From assembly GCA_030167145.1 (NCBI GenBank), contig CP126532.1, forward strand, positions 4,675,189 to 4,739,188: 64,000 bases of DNA. The letters are read 5' to 3'. The notes beneath the pieces were generated by a model. That model worked only from the letters and a program-made list of their open reading frames with translations. It had not been told where the DNA came from and did no database searches. This document shows positions 26,183 to 36,252 of this stretch, in pieces (positions within the stretch are counted from its first letter, which is position 1; every line of letters begins with the position of its first letter). Position numbers and translations under genes: made by a program. Source of the stretch: Ktedonobacterales bacterium (GTDB lineage: Bacteria; Chloroflexota; Ktedonobacteria; Ktedonobacterales; JADMIN01).

Positions 26183-27406
26183 TCAGCTCACCCGTGTAGC
26201 AACCTGCGTGCCCGCTCGTCGCCCCAAGAGGATGCCCGGCAGCACCCCCAGCGCGCCCAAGCCTTCGATTGCCAGTCCCGGCGCGCGCTCGCCTAATACG
26301 CGCGTCTGGGGTACCATATCGGGGGCGACCGCGAGATCCACAGCCCAGGCGTGGGACGGCGCGACCTGCGCTAGTTCGGGCAGCCAGTGGCGCGTAGACT
26401 CGGTGAGGCGGCGGTGATAGTGCGCGTCTCGCGCAATCGCCCCCGCCCGCCCGTAGCGCCCGCCACTCACGCCCAGCCGCCCGTCACCAGGCCGATAGTC
26501 AGCGTAAGTGAATGGCGCTGAATCCCAGAACAGCGGAAAATCATCGGGCAGTTCAGCGGGAAAGGCAAGCGCGTAGATGCGCGCGTTCGGCTCGGCAGTG
26601 GGGCCAGTAGCCAGGATCAGCCCGCGCGCGGCGATGGTAGCGCCATCTTCGAGTTGGAGGTCCCAGCCGCTATGTTGAGCCGCGCCAGTGGTCTCGCTGA
26701 GTGCGCTCATACGCGCCCCACCCACAAGGCTGACGCCCGCAGCGCGTGCCTGCCGCGCGAGGTGCGCGAGCAGCGTCAACGGCTGAATGCGCCCCTCGTC
26801 GGGCATCCACAGCGCGGCCATCACGGTGCTGGTGTTGAGCCGCCCGCTGGTCTTCTCGGCCACTTGCGCTGGCGTCCAGAGTTCGGCGCGTATGCCCACC
26901 GCGACGCGTGCCTTCGCCTCGGCGGCGAGATGGCGGGCCGCGCCAGGCCGCTCTGCCAGGCTGAGCGAGCCGGTGAGCGAGGCGGCGACCAATGCGCCGG
27001 GCTGGCGCGATTCCTCCACCAGCGAGAGCAGCAATTGGTTGGTCGCGGGCCATATCGCGCGCAGATCTTCATTTTCAGCGGGCACGTCGGCTAGCGCCAT
27101 ATTCACGCCCGCGCTCAGAATGCCCGCGTTGCGTCCGGTCGCGCCCGCGCCAATCGTGGTCGCCGCCTCGAATACGGCCACTGTCGCGCCCGCCGCTCGC
27201 GCGCCCAGCGCCGCGCTCAGCCCCGCGACACCTGCGCCAATGACCGCGACATCCACCGTGTGTGCGGGATGTTCGGCGACGGTCGCAAGCTCAAGTTCGC
27301 GCTCTACCGCAGGCGATATGCCTGCGGCCCAGGGCGCATATGGCAGTGGCGGAGACGATGGCGATTCGGCTAGTAGGGCAGCGGTGTTGGTTGCCTGCGG
27401 GCGCAT
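26183..27406 (-). CDS. FAD-dependent oxidoreductase (DAO family)
   Basis: Rossmann motif VDVAVIGAGVAGLSAALGARAAGATVAVFE. About 407 aa. Confidence 0.8.
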   Translation of the reverse strand: MRPQATNTAALLAESPSSPPLPYAPWAAGISPAVERELELATVAEHPAHTVDVAVIGAGVAGLSAALGARAAGATVAVFEAATTIGAGATGRNAGILSAGVNMALADVPAENEDLRAIWPATNQLLLSLVEESRQPGALVAASLTGSLSLAERPGAARHLAAEAKARVAVGIRAELWTPAQVAEKTSGRLNTSTVMAALWMPDEGRIQPLTLLAHLARQARAAGVSLVGGARMSALSETTGAAQHSGWDLQLEDGATIAARGLILATGPTAEPNARIYALAFPAELPDDFPLFWDSAPFTYADYRPGDGRLGVSGGRYGRAGAIARDAHYHRRLTESTRHWLPELAQVAPSHAWAVDLAVAPDMVPQTRVLGERAPGLAIEGLGALGVLPGILLGRRAGTQVATRVS

Positions 27407-28286
27407 AAGAGTCCTGGTCTACTTGTGAGGACCGGCGATCCGCGCCGGTTGCCCGAAGTATACGCCGTGTCCCGCGCCAGCCAGACTGTCCAACATGTAT
27501 AAAGAGATTTGGCTGGCGCGGTAGGCGGTCTGCCTCTTGTCAGAATGCCAATCTTCGGGTACACTGCAATTAAGTCGTTCGCGATCACCCCAGGAGCAAG
27601 GTTATGAAGGCCTCGGACCCATCATTAAAAACGCGGTCGCATCCGAAGGGTTTCCTCCGTCGCTACATGCCCTATAAGGGCTTCCACCTCGCCACCTGCT
27701 ACCCCTGACCCCGCTCTGTATTGCGTGCGCTCGACGTTGCCAGCAGCGAAGATGCTCTGTTTTTGGTGTCTCATCCGCCTCTCGCGTTCGCGCCGCAGTT
27801 CACTCAACGCCGTTTCCTCGCGGCATGGTGCGGTTGTGGTGGGTAGGCATGCATCTACTAGATGCTCCTACTGATGTACACGATTCACCGGTGCATCTTC
27901 TGCGAAACGGCTCTTGAGATCACTCATGTAGTGCTCTTTGCTCCTCGTATCGCCACACTATACGCCGTCCGTTATGTCATCTTGTTATGGCGAGACAGCG
28001 TATCACGCCAGAACTCAATGGTGAGTTTTGGTTCTTGAAGCTTTGCTAGCCGCGCCGCATATGGTCCGAGTTCGCGGGACGGACCATTGGGAACGCTTGA
28101 CACGCGGGGGCCTTACGCATTTCCCCCCATGCGAACGTTGTGGATGTACCGCAGCACGTTCTCTTTAGCGGCATGATCTGTATTTTCCTTTTCAAGGGCT
28201 ATGCGGATCCGCGACTCCGTTGGGTAGCTGGAGTCGTGGCACACGCGCGCAGGCAGAGTCATCACCCCCGCTAGTACAGGATAGTT

Positions 28287-29777
28287 ATGAGTACCGACCA
28301 CCAACCGAACCTGCAGAACGCGCTCAGTACCGCCCAGAAGTATCTCGACATCATTCAGTCCAAGACATTGACACGCCAGCAAGCCGAAGAGCTGGTACGC
28401 CTTACGGTCTCGAACTTCGCAAACCACTACAATCCTGGCTTTTTGGAGTATCGTAAATCGGTGACGGAGGGCGGCGACTTTGCCGCAGTCGAATGGACAG
28501 GTCGCGGTGCGACCTTCACGGATACACTGGGCCGCAGCTATATTGACTGCCTCGGCGGTTATGGGCTGCTGAGTCTCGGTTGGGGACACCAGAAGGTGAT
28601 TGACGCGGTGAAGGCGCAGATGGATCGCGCGCCGATGCCGACACAAGAATTGCTCGATCCGCCACGGGGCATGCTCGCCAACCTGCTGGCGCAGATTACG
28701 CCAGGGGACATGCAGTACTCCTTCTTCGTATCCAGCGGCACTGAGGCGGTCGAAGGCGCGATGAAGTTCGCCAAAGCCGCGACCGGCAAATCTGGCTTCA
28801 TCGCTGCTGTGCGTGGCTTCCACGGCAAGACGGCGGGCAGCCTGAGCCTGATGGGCAAGGCGAAGTTCCGCAAGCCAGCGATGCCGCTGCTGCCAAACGT
28901 ATACCACGTGCCCTACGGCGACGCCGATGCCGTCGAGAAGCAGCTTGAGATCGCACAGGCCGTTGGCAATGACATCGCCGCGGTGGTGATGGAGCCAGTG
29001 CAGGGCGAGGCGGGCGCGATTGTGCCGCCGGATGACTTCTGGCCGCGCCTGCGCCAGATCTGCGACAAGTACGAGGTACTGCTGATCGCCGACGAGGTGC
29101 AGACGGGTTTGGGCCGCACGGGCGCGCTGTGGGGCGTGAACCACTGGAACGTCGCGCCCGACATCATCACCTCGGCGAAGGCGCTGGGCGGCGGTGTGAT
29201 GCCGATAGGCGCGTTCATGGCTGGCCCGCGCGTATGGGAGAAGTTCATTGAAGATCCCTTCTTCCATACCACGACCACCGGTGGGAATCCGCTTGCCTGC
29301 GCGGCGGCCATCGCCACCATCGGTGTCATCCTCGAAGAAGACCTGCCCCGGCAGGCCGCCGAGAAGGGCGACTACCTGATGGCGCGGCTCCAGCCAATCG
29401 CGCGCAGGTACGATTCGATCTATGAGAAGATCACTGGCAAGGGCTTGCTGATCGGCCAGCACTTCCATGATAGCGAAGTGGGCTATAAGGTCTCGTCGAG
29501 TCTCTTCCGCCGTGGCGTGTTGCTCTCGGGCACACTAACGAACGCGCAGACGATTCGCATCGAGCCACCGCTGGTGATCGAATATGATGAGATGGACGAG
29601 TTCCTCAACCGTCTCGAAGACACCTTGAAGGAAGTGAGTGGCGCGCCGGTCACCGGTGAGGTGCTGAACTTCCCGACGGAGAAGGTCGCGCAGCCGGTGG
29701 CCGTCTCCGCGAAGCCGCGCCGCAAGAAGGCGGCGGTGGCGCGCCCGGCGCAACCCAAGGCCGTGGCGATGGCGTAA
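28287..29777 (+). CDS. patA: Class-III PLP aminotransferase, putrescine aminotransferase (PatA/YgjG)-like, with Lys/Ala/Pro-rich C-terminal tail
   Basis: Near-colinear match by eye to E. coli YgjG, including its N-terminal extension: NPGFLEYRKSVT.GGD..AVEW, IDCLGG.G, SGTE.VE.A.K.AK, DEVQTG.GRTG, AKALGGGVMPIGA, HTTT.GGNPLACAA and TIRIEPPL. Confidence 0.85.
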   Translation: MSTDHQPNLQNALSTAQKYLDIIQSKTLTRQQAEELVRLTVSNFANHYNPGFLEYRKSVTEGGDFAAVEWTGRGATFTDTLGRSYIDCLGGYGLLSLGWGHQKVIDAVKAQMDRAPMPTQELLDPPRGMLANLLAQITPGDMQYSFFVSSGTEAVEGAMKFAKAATGKSGFIAAVRGFHGKTAGSLSLMGKAKFRKPAMPLLPNVYHVPYGDADAVEKQLEIAQAVGNDIAAVVMEPVQGEAGAIVPPDDFWPRLRQICDKYEVLLIADEVQTGLGRTGALWGVNHWNVAPDIITSAKALGGGVMPIGAFMAGPRVWEKFIEDPFFHTTTTGGNPLACAAAIATIGVILEEDLPRQAAEKGDYLMARLQPIARRYDSIYEKITGKGLLIGQHFHDSEVGYKVSSSLFRRGVLLSGTLTNAQTIRIEPPLVIEYDEMDEFLNRLEDTLKEVSGAPVTGEVLNFPTEKVAQPVAVSAKPRRKKAAVARPAQPKAVAMA

Positions 29778-29807
29778 GTCAGATTGCTAGGTAAGTACGT
29801 GAGATTT

Positions 29808-29848
29808 CCAGGGAGGTCGCGAGCCGCTGGCTCGTCTGGCCTCCCTGG
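29808..29848 (+). terminator. Strong stem-loop after patA (CCAGGGAGG...CCTCCCTGG with nested CGAGCC-GCT-GGCTCG)
   Basis: 9-bp outer and 6-bp inner perfect stems. A TTTT run follows 17 nt later (29865-29868), and a second 6-bp hairpin lies at 29871-29888. Confidence 0.5.
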
Positions 29849-29918
29849 CGTGTACACGTTGGGATTTTAAGGCCGCGAAGGTGCGGCCGGCGTGTCGAAT
29901 ATCAAGAGAGGTATCCTT

Positions 29919-31124
29919 GTGCGTTTCGTAGTGGTAGGCGGCGGTGGCGCGATGGGGCGCATTACCGTTCGCGCGCTGGCTGAAGATTCACGGGTTGAGG
30001 CAGTGGTCGTCGCCGACCGCGATCTGGCGGCTGCTGAGCGCACGCTCGCGTGGCTCAAGAAAGGGCGCAAGAAGGCGCGGGCGGTGGCCTGCGATGTGCG
30101 CGACGAAGCGGCGCTCGCTGGATTGCTCGCGGGCAGCGCTGCCGTGCTGAACGCGGCGGATTATCCCTTCAATTTGCATGTGATGCGCGCCGCGCTGGCC
30201 GCGAAGGTTTCGTATGCCGACCTTGGCGGCCTCTTTCACATGACAAAGCGGCAGTATGAGTTGGACGCGGAATACCGTGCGGCTGGGATCACAGCGGCGC
30301 TTGGTATCGGCAGCACACCTGGCATCACCAATCTGCTCGCACGCATCGCCGCCGACCAACTCGAAACCGTCGAGCGGCTGGATGTGCGTATCGGTTCAGG
30401 TGATTACCGACCCGCTGGCGCGCCCTTCGCGCCGCCCTATTCGATGCGCACGATTCTGGACGAATGTAGCCTGGAGCCGATGATCTATGCCGATGGCGAG
30501 TGGCGCGCGGTGAAACCGATGAGCGGCCAGGAAGGGATAGACTTCCCGGAACCCATCGGCCACGCCACCGCGATGTATACGCTGCATTCCGAGGTGGCGC
30601 TCTTCCCGGTCTCCTTCGGGCACAAGGGACTTAAGCATGCTTCATTCAAAATCGCCTTCCCGCAGACCTTCCTGGCGCAGATGGAACTGCTGGTCGAGAT
30701 TGGTATGGCCGGGTCGGAGCCGGTGGAGGCGCGCGGCTCGGAACCGGGGTCATGGGTGCGGGTCGCCCCGCGCGAAGCGCTAATCGCCGCGCTGGCTAGC
30801 CGGCAGCCCGCTAGCGATGCTGCGCCACCGGCGGAGCCGGACGACTGTGACGTATTGCGCGTCGTCGCCAGCGGCACACGCGATGGTCAGCCGGTGGAAC
30901 TCATCGAGCAGATGATCGTGCGCCCATACAAGCCGTGGAATGTCGGCGCGGGCGATCTGGATACCGGCGTGCCTCTTGCCATCGCTGGTATTCTGATGGC
31001 GCAAGGTGGATGCCCCACTGGCGCGCACGGCGCGGAACTGGTCTTCGACGCTCATGCGTTTCTGCGCGAGCTGGCGGCGTATGAGATGCGCGCAACGGAA
31101 ACGGTGACGCGCGCCATAGTATAG
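29919..31124 (+). CDS. Saccharopine dehydrogenase family NAD(P)-binding protein
   Basis: The N-terminal Rossmann motif (V)RFVVVGGGGAMGRITVRAL starts at a GTG preceded by AGAGAGG. LGIGSTPGITNLLA is typical of the Sacchrp_dh family. The track ORF starts 27 nt earlier (29892). Confidence 0.75.
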   Translation: MRFVVVGGGGAMGRITVRALAEDSRVEAVVVADRDLAAAERTLAWLKKGRKKARAVACDVRDEAALAGLLAGSAAVLNAADYPFNLHVMRAALAAKVSYADLGGLFHMTKRQYELDAEYRAAGITAALGIGSTPGITNLLARIAADQLETVERLDVRIGSGDYRPAGAPFAPPYSMRTILDECSLEPMIYADGEWRAVKPMSGQEGIDFPEPIGHATAMYTLHSEVALFPVSFGHKGLKHASFKIAFPQTFLAQMELLVEIGMAGSEPVEARGSEPGSWVRVAPREALIAALASRQPASDAAPPAEPDDCDVLRVVASGTRDGQPVELIEQMIVRPYKPWNVGAGDLDTGVPLAIAGILMAQGGCPTGAHGAELVFDAHAFLRELAAYEMRATETVTRAIV

Positions 31125-31178
31125 CGGTCATCGTTTGGCGCATATTTCAGGTATCTATTCTGAGAGGGCAGGCGACGC

Positions 31179-32648
31179 ATGCGCACACAGATGTGGATCA
31201 ACGGCGTATTTACCCCTGGCACATCGGGAAACAGCATAGATGTGCTGGACCCGGCGACGGAAGAACTGATCGAGCGCGTGCCCGCTGGCAACGCGGCGGA
31301 TGTGACGGCGGCGGTGGACGCGGCCAGCGCGGCGTTCGCCGCGTGGCGTCGCATGCCTGCGGGCGAACGCACCGATCTGCTGCACGAGGTGGCGCGCAAA
31401 CTCACCGAGAAGACGGAAGAACTGGCGGTGCTGCTGACCCGCGAGGGTGGCAAGCCGCTGGTCGAGAACCGCGACGAGATGAGCTGGTCGGCGGCGTGTT
31501 TCCGCTACTACGCCGAAATCAGCCGCAACATTCGCGGGCGCGTCATTCCCTCGGTGGAGTCGTCGCAACTCAATCTCGTCTTGAAAGAACCGTATGGCGT
31601 GGTTGGGACGATTGTGCCATGGAACTATCCCATCCTGCTGATGGCGTGGAAGGTTGCTCCGGCGCTGGCGGCAGGCAATACCGTGGTTATCAAGCCCTCC
31701 GAAATGACGCCGCTCTCCACACTGGCCTTCGCCGACATCTTCGATCACTTGCCACCCGGTGTCGTCAATATCGTGACGGGCTATGGGCGCGAGGCTGGTG
31801 AACCGCTGGTGCTGGATCCGCGTGTGCGTGTCATCGCATTCACTGGAAGCCTGGAGACCGGGCGGCATATCGCGCGGATCGCGGCGGACCAGATCAAGAA
31901 GCTGCATCTTGAGCTAGGCGGAAAAGATGCTTTCATCGTCGCCGAAGACGCCGATCTGGATGTCGCCGTGCCAGGAGTCGCCTGGGCCGCGCTGCTGAAC
32001 ACCGGCCAGGTCTGCACCTCGACGGAGCGCGTCTATGTGCAGGAATCCATCGCCCCGGCCTTCATCGAGCGCATCACGGACTATGCGCGTGGGCTGCGGC
32101 TGGGGCCAGGGCTGGATCCCGACACCGACGTAGGGCCAATGGTCGGAGCGACCTATCGGGCGAAGGTGGAATCACAGGTGGCTGAGGCGCTGGCGCAGGG
32201 CGCACGCGCGCTTACGGGCGGAAGGCGTCCGGCGTCGCGGCAGCGCGGGTATTTCTACGAGCCGACGGTGCTGGTGAATGTGGACCATTCAATGCGCATC
32301 ATGCGTGAAGAGACCTTTGGCCCAGCGATTCCGATCATGACCTATCGCACCTTCGATGAAGCAGTGCGGCTGGCCAATGACAGTCCCTTCGGCCTGGGCG
32401 CGAATCTCTACACCAATGACGCCCGCCGGGTCAAGCAATTCTATGAGGAGGTGCAGGCGGGAACACTCTGGGTCAACGATCCGCTCACCGATAACGACGC
32501 CGGACCCTTCGGCGGCATGAAGATGAGCGGCATGGGACGTGAGCTTGGCGAAGAAGGGCTTGACGAGTTCCGCGAGACGAAACATCTGCACTGGGATTTC
32601 GAAGGCGGCGTCAAACCCTGGTGGTATCCCTATACACGGCAGGGCTAA
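31179..32648 (+). CDS. NAD(P)-dependent aldehyde dehydrogenase (aminobutyraldehyde/betaine-aldehyde dehydrogenase-like)
   Basis: VPWNYP, FTGS.ETG, catalytic Glu LELGGKDAFIV, catalytic Cys GQVCTSTERVYV, and PFGGMKMSGMGRE. Confidence 0.9.
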   Translation: MRTQMWINGVFTPGTSGNSIDVLDPATEELIERVPAGNAADVTAAVDAASAAFAAWRRMPAGERTDLLHEVARKLTEKTEELAVLLTREGGKPLVENRDEMSWSAACFRYYAEISRNIRGRVIPSVESSQLNLVLKEPYGVVGTIVPWNYPILLMAWKVAPALAAGNTVVIKPSEMTPLSTLAFADIFDHLPPGVVNIVTGYGREAGEPLVLDPRVRVIAFTGSLETGRHIARIAADQIKKLHLELGGKDAFIVAEDADLDVAVPGVAWAALLNTGQVCTSTERVYVQESIAPAFIERITDYARGLRLGPGLDPDTDVGPMVGATYRAKVESQVAEALAQGARALTGGRRPASRQRGYFYEPTVLVNVDHSMRIMREETFGPAIPIMTYRTFDEAVRLANDSPFGLGANLYTNDARRVKQFYEEVQAGTLWVNDPLTDNDAGPFGGMKMSGMGRELGEEGLDEFRETKHLHWDFEGGVKPWWYPYTRQG

Positions 32649-32959
32649 CGAATTGTGTACACTATGGACATACGCCGCCCATTCACGGGCAGGGTGCCGC
32701 TGTGTATACTAATGCCACTATCGTGCTGAGAGACTTCGTTCTCTCGTGTCGTAGTATCTTGAGGAACAGGCTCGTAACGGGCTGGTGTTGGCCAAACATT
32801 ACAGATGGCCGATGCGCCTGGGCGCCAGGCCCGAACAGCTAAATACTTCCGATGTGATGCGCCTTCAACGAGGAGGGTTCTTTGGCCACCCCGGAACAGA
32901 GGGCTGCCCCCGCAGCCTCGCCTGGTGGGCTGCCGCCACCAGCTTCGAATGCCTCGCTG

Positions 32960-33697
32960 ATGATTGACGTTCGCCAGATGAACAAGTTTTTCGGCGAACG
33001 CCATGTCCTGACGGATGTTGATTTCCCTGTCAAGCGCGGCGAATGCGTCGCGGTCATCGGACCAAGCGGATCGGGCAAGAGTACGCTCATCCGCTGTATT
33101 AACTACCTTGAAACGCCAACCTCCGGCCAGGTCTTCATAGACGGCAAAGAGATCTCCAGCGCGCTCTCAGCCGGTGAACTCAGTCAGGTTCGCCGTGAGC
33201 TTGGTATGGTGTTCTACAACTTCAACCTCTTCCCCCATAAGAGTGTGCTTGAGAACATCACCCTCGCCCCGATACAGGTCCGCAAGACACCCAAAGCGCA
33301 GGCCGAAGAGACCGCGCATAAGCTGCTCGAAAAAGTGGGCTTGCGCGACAAGGCCGATTCGTATCCTAGCCAACTCTCCGGAGGCCAGAAGCAGCGCGTC
33401 GCTATCGCCCGCGCGCTGGCGATGAACCCCAAAGCCTTGCTCTTCGATGAGCCGACCTCCGCGCTCGACCCTGAACTGGTCGGTGAGGTGCTGCGCGTGA
33501 TGCGTGAGCTTGCCGAAGAGGGCCGCACGATGGTCGTCGTCACCCATGAGATGGGCTTTGCGCGTTCAGTAGCTGACCGAGTAGTCTTTATAGACCACGG
33601 CAAAATCGTCGAGCAAGGAGATCCAGAGGAGGTATTTGCCCATCCCCAGCACGAGCGCACCCGCACATTCCTGGACCGGGTTCTGCATACGGTGTGA
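32960..33697 (+). CDS. Polar amino-acid ABC transporter ATP-binding protein (GlnQ/HisP-like)
   Basis: Walker [10 protein letters not shown], signature [15 protein letters not shown], Walker [12 protein letters not shown], and H-loop VVVTHEM. Confidence 0.9.
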   Translation: MIDVRQMNKFFGERHVLTDVDFPVKRGECVAVIGPSGSGKSTLIRCINYLETPTSGQVFIDGKEISSALSAGELSQVRRELGMVFYNFNLFPHKSVLENITLAPIQVRKTPKAQAEETAHKLLEKVGLRDKADSYPSQLSGGQKQRVAIARALAMNPKALLFDEPTSALDPELVGEVLRVMRELAEEGRTMVVVTHEMGFARSVADRVVFIDHGKIVEQGDPEEVFAHPQHERTRTFLDRVLHTV

Positions 33698-33901
33698 GGT
33701 CAATAGCACGCGCTCAGGTATATCTGCGCCGGGGTACTTGCCACCAAGCAGTTTTCATCGTATCGTGATGCGTATCCCAGCCGGTATGTATTCTTAGATG
33801 GTATCGAGAGCGCATCCGGCATCTCGAATAATCGCGAGGGCGACGCCCAGCAATGGCGTCTCGGTGTTCCTCGCCGGAGAGCAGAGAAAGGGTTCGTCTC
33901 C

Positions 33902-34912
33902 ATGTTTTCGCACTTCTTGCGCGGTTCTCGCGCACAAGTCTGGACGATTCGCGGCGCGCTCATGGCAGTCTTGAGCGTCTCGCTCGTCCTCAGCGCGTGC
34001 GGCGCTGGCAACACCAGCAGCACGAACACCAACACTGGGCCAACCAAGATCGGGAACGCTGGCACGCTGATTCCGGGCGTCTTCAAGTGGGGCGAAGACT
34101 CCACCGGCGGCATGCCCTACATCGCCCCGAAGGACGCCAATAACCCGAATGCCGACTACTACGGCTTCGAGGTAGACATCGCCAATGCGATGGCCAACCT
34201 GATGGGCATCCAGCAGCAGCCGACGCAGATCACCTGGTCTGACTGGCCCCAGGGCTTGCAGTCGCAGCAGTTCGACTTCTTCATGAACGGCCTGGAGATC
34301 ACCCAGGATAACCTGGCCTCCGCCCAGTTCAGCATCCCGTACTATGTCTATACGCAGTCCATCGTCGTCGCGGCGAACAACACGACGATCCATAGCTTCG
34401 ATGACCTTGCGGGCAAGACAGTTGAGACCGGCACCGGCTACAAAGCCCAGCAGATCCTTGAGGACTACAACGCCGATCCCAGCCATACGTCGAAGATCAA
34501 CATCGTCGCCACTGACAACCCCACGCCCTTCACCGACCTTTCTTCCGGCCGCGTGGACGCGATGTTCCTCGATACGCCTATCGCGCTTTGGTATGGCTCC
34601 GGTGATCCGAGCGGTAAGTACAAAGATGTTGCCGACGATCTCTTCCCTGGCTATTACGCCATCGGCTTCAGCCCGAGCAACAAGAACACGCCCGTGCTGA
34701 TGGGCGAGATCAATCAGGCTATCGAGGAACTGTTCCTCAACGGCACATTGCAGAAGATCTACCAGACCGGCGGCGCATATAACGTTAGCCCAAGTGGCCA
34801 GCCAGTCCTTGAGAAGTACAACATGTGGGGACCAGTGCAGAAGTGCATCTCGAACTTCTTCACCGACAGCCACAAGACGACGTACTCAGACTGCCCGAAC
34901 CCCTATGCTTGA
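33902..34912 (+). CDS. ABC transporter substrate-binding lipoprotein (family 3, polar amino acids)
   Basis: Lipobox LVLSAC-G after a signal peptide. SBP_bac_3-like core (FDFFMNGLEITQDN...FSIPYY...LAGKTVETGTGY). Confidence 0.8.
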   Translation: MFSHFLRGSRAQVWTIRGALMAVLSVSLVLSACGAGNTSSTNTNTGPTKIGNAGTLIPGVFKWGEDSTGGMPYIAPKDANNPNADYYGFEVDIANAMANLMGIQQQPTQITWSDWPQGLQSQQFDFFMNGLEITQDNLASAQFSIPYYVYTQSIVVAANNTTIHSFDDLAGKTVETGTGYKAQQILEDYNADPSHTSKINIVATDNPTPFTDLSSGRVDAMFLDTPIALWYGSGDPSGKYKDVADDLFPGYYAIGFSPSNKNTPVLMGEINQAIEELFLNGTLQKIYQTGGAYNVSPSGQPVLEKYNMWGPVQKCISNFFTDSHKTTYSDCPNPYA

Positions 34913-35077
34913 TCGCGCGTGACGCCCACTGGCGTCTCGTTTCCCAGTCTGCCGCGGATGTGAGATAGCGGACGCGGCATGGCTCACGCGACACCGTCGC
35001 TGGCAGAGCGCGCTCTCCACGGCGGTGTCGCGCGGTACGGTGGCGGAAATTCCACACCGCGATACTGTGCATGACAA

Positions 35078-36235
35078 GTGAGGCGACACGTGAGGCGCAT
35101 CCCCCCAAGTCTGCGTTTCTTGCTGATGATCGTGCCCGTGATTCTGGTCTTTGGCATCTGCGGGACACTCACCCTTGGTGCGCTCGACAAATCCCAGACG
35201 GTCATCACGAATCCCGCGACGGCTAACGAGCCATTGATTGGCAACGCCTTTGGCTTTGCGATTCATTTTTTGCAAGAGACTGTGCGGGTGCTGACTGTCG
35301 GTGTAGACAATCAGGGCACACCGTACCATAGTTTCCTGCTGTCTGGCCTGGGGCTGACCATCACCTTCTGCTTCCTCACTATGCCGCTGGCCCTGATATG
35401 TGGCCTCGTTCTGGCGCTGATGTCGCGTTCACCGCTACGTATTCTCCGTGTGCCGGCACGCGCATATGTGGAATTCTTCCGCAATACGCCGTTCCTTGTG
35501 CAGATGCTGGCGATCTATTATGGACTTGCTGTCCTCCCACATGATTTCGTAGATCCTTTCACTGTCGGTCTGGCAGCACTTGTGTTGAACTATGCCGCCT
35601 ACGAATGCGAGAACTTGCGTGCGGGCATCGCCGCGCTCGACAAAGGCCAGGGCGAAGCAGCGGCGACGCTAGGGCTGAGCGGTTGGCAGACGCTGCGGCT
35701 GATTATCATTCCACAGATGATTCCCGTCGTTCTCCCACCAGTTATCAACGACATGATCTATCTGTTCAAGGATTCTTCGATCTTAAGCCTGATCACTATT
35801 CAGGAATTGACCTTGCAGACGCAAAATCTGGCACGGCGCGTTCCCTCCAACTCCTGGCAATTCTATCTCATCGCCGCCGTCATCTACTTATTGCTCAGCT
35901 TGCCACTTGGTAAGCTCGCGCGCGTCGCCGAAACGCGTATCAAGTCGGCAGTCGCCGCTCCCAAGCGCGACCTGACCGTTGTTGCCCTTCAGATATTCGC
36001 CGCCATGATCTTTGTCGGCTGGGTCTGCGGCCTCCTCACGGCTCAAGACTTCCGGGGGAATGCCATCCGCGGGATCGGGCAGTTGTTCGCGGGTGTTGGA
36101 TTGTTGCTGACCATTGGGGTGGTCGTGATGGTCGTGTTGGGCGCGCTCGTCTATTTGCCATCTACCGCGTTCATACTATTGCGTGGCCGAGGCAAAACTG
36201 GCGACAGAAAATCGCTCGTCGCGATTTCGAAGTAA
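35078..36235 (+). CDS. Amino-acid ABC transporter permease (His/Glu/Gln/Arg/opine family) with extra C-terminal TM segment
   Basis: EAA-loop region AAYECENLRAGIAALDKGQGEAAATLGLSGWQTLRLIIIPQ. Confidence 0.85.
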   Translation: MRRHVRRIPPSLRFLLMIVPVILVFGICGTLTLGALDKSQTVITNPATANEPLIGNAFGFAIHFLQETVRVLTVGVDNQGTPYHSFLLSGLGLTITFCFLTMPLALICGLVLALMSRSPLRILRVPARAYVEFFRNTPFLVQMLAIYYGLAVLPHDFVDPFTVGLAALVLNYAAYECENLRAGIAALDKGQGEAAATLGLSGWQTLRLIIIPQMIPVVLPPVINDMIYLFKDSSILSLITIQELTLQTQNLARRVPSNSWQFYLIAAVIYLLLSLPLGKLARVAETRIKSAVAAPKRDLTVVALQIFAAMIFVGWVCGLLTAQDFRGNAIRGIGQLFAGVGLLLTIGVVVMVVLGALVYLPSTAFILLRGRGKTGDRKSLVAISK

Positions 36236-36252
36236 GTTGGAGGAACACCTAG

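Noticed and set aside
28097-28102. TTGACA hexamer upstream of patA considered as a -35 element
   Set aside because: There is no acceptable -10 hexamer at 16-19 nt spacing downstream.
28113-29468. 451-aa minus-strand ORF; its 3' terminal 49 codons (28113-28262) could also be read as a separate small ORF
   Set aside because: The bulk is antisense to the patA-like gene, which matches YgjG colinearly. The 49-aa remnant has no properly spaced SD and no recognisable family, so I mention it only within the finding on 27407-28286.
33794-34873. 359-aa minus-strand ORF
   Set aside because: It is antisense to the lipoprotein substrate-binding gene. No motifs.
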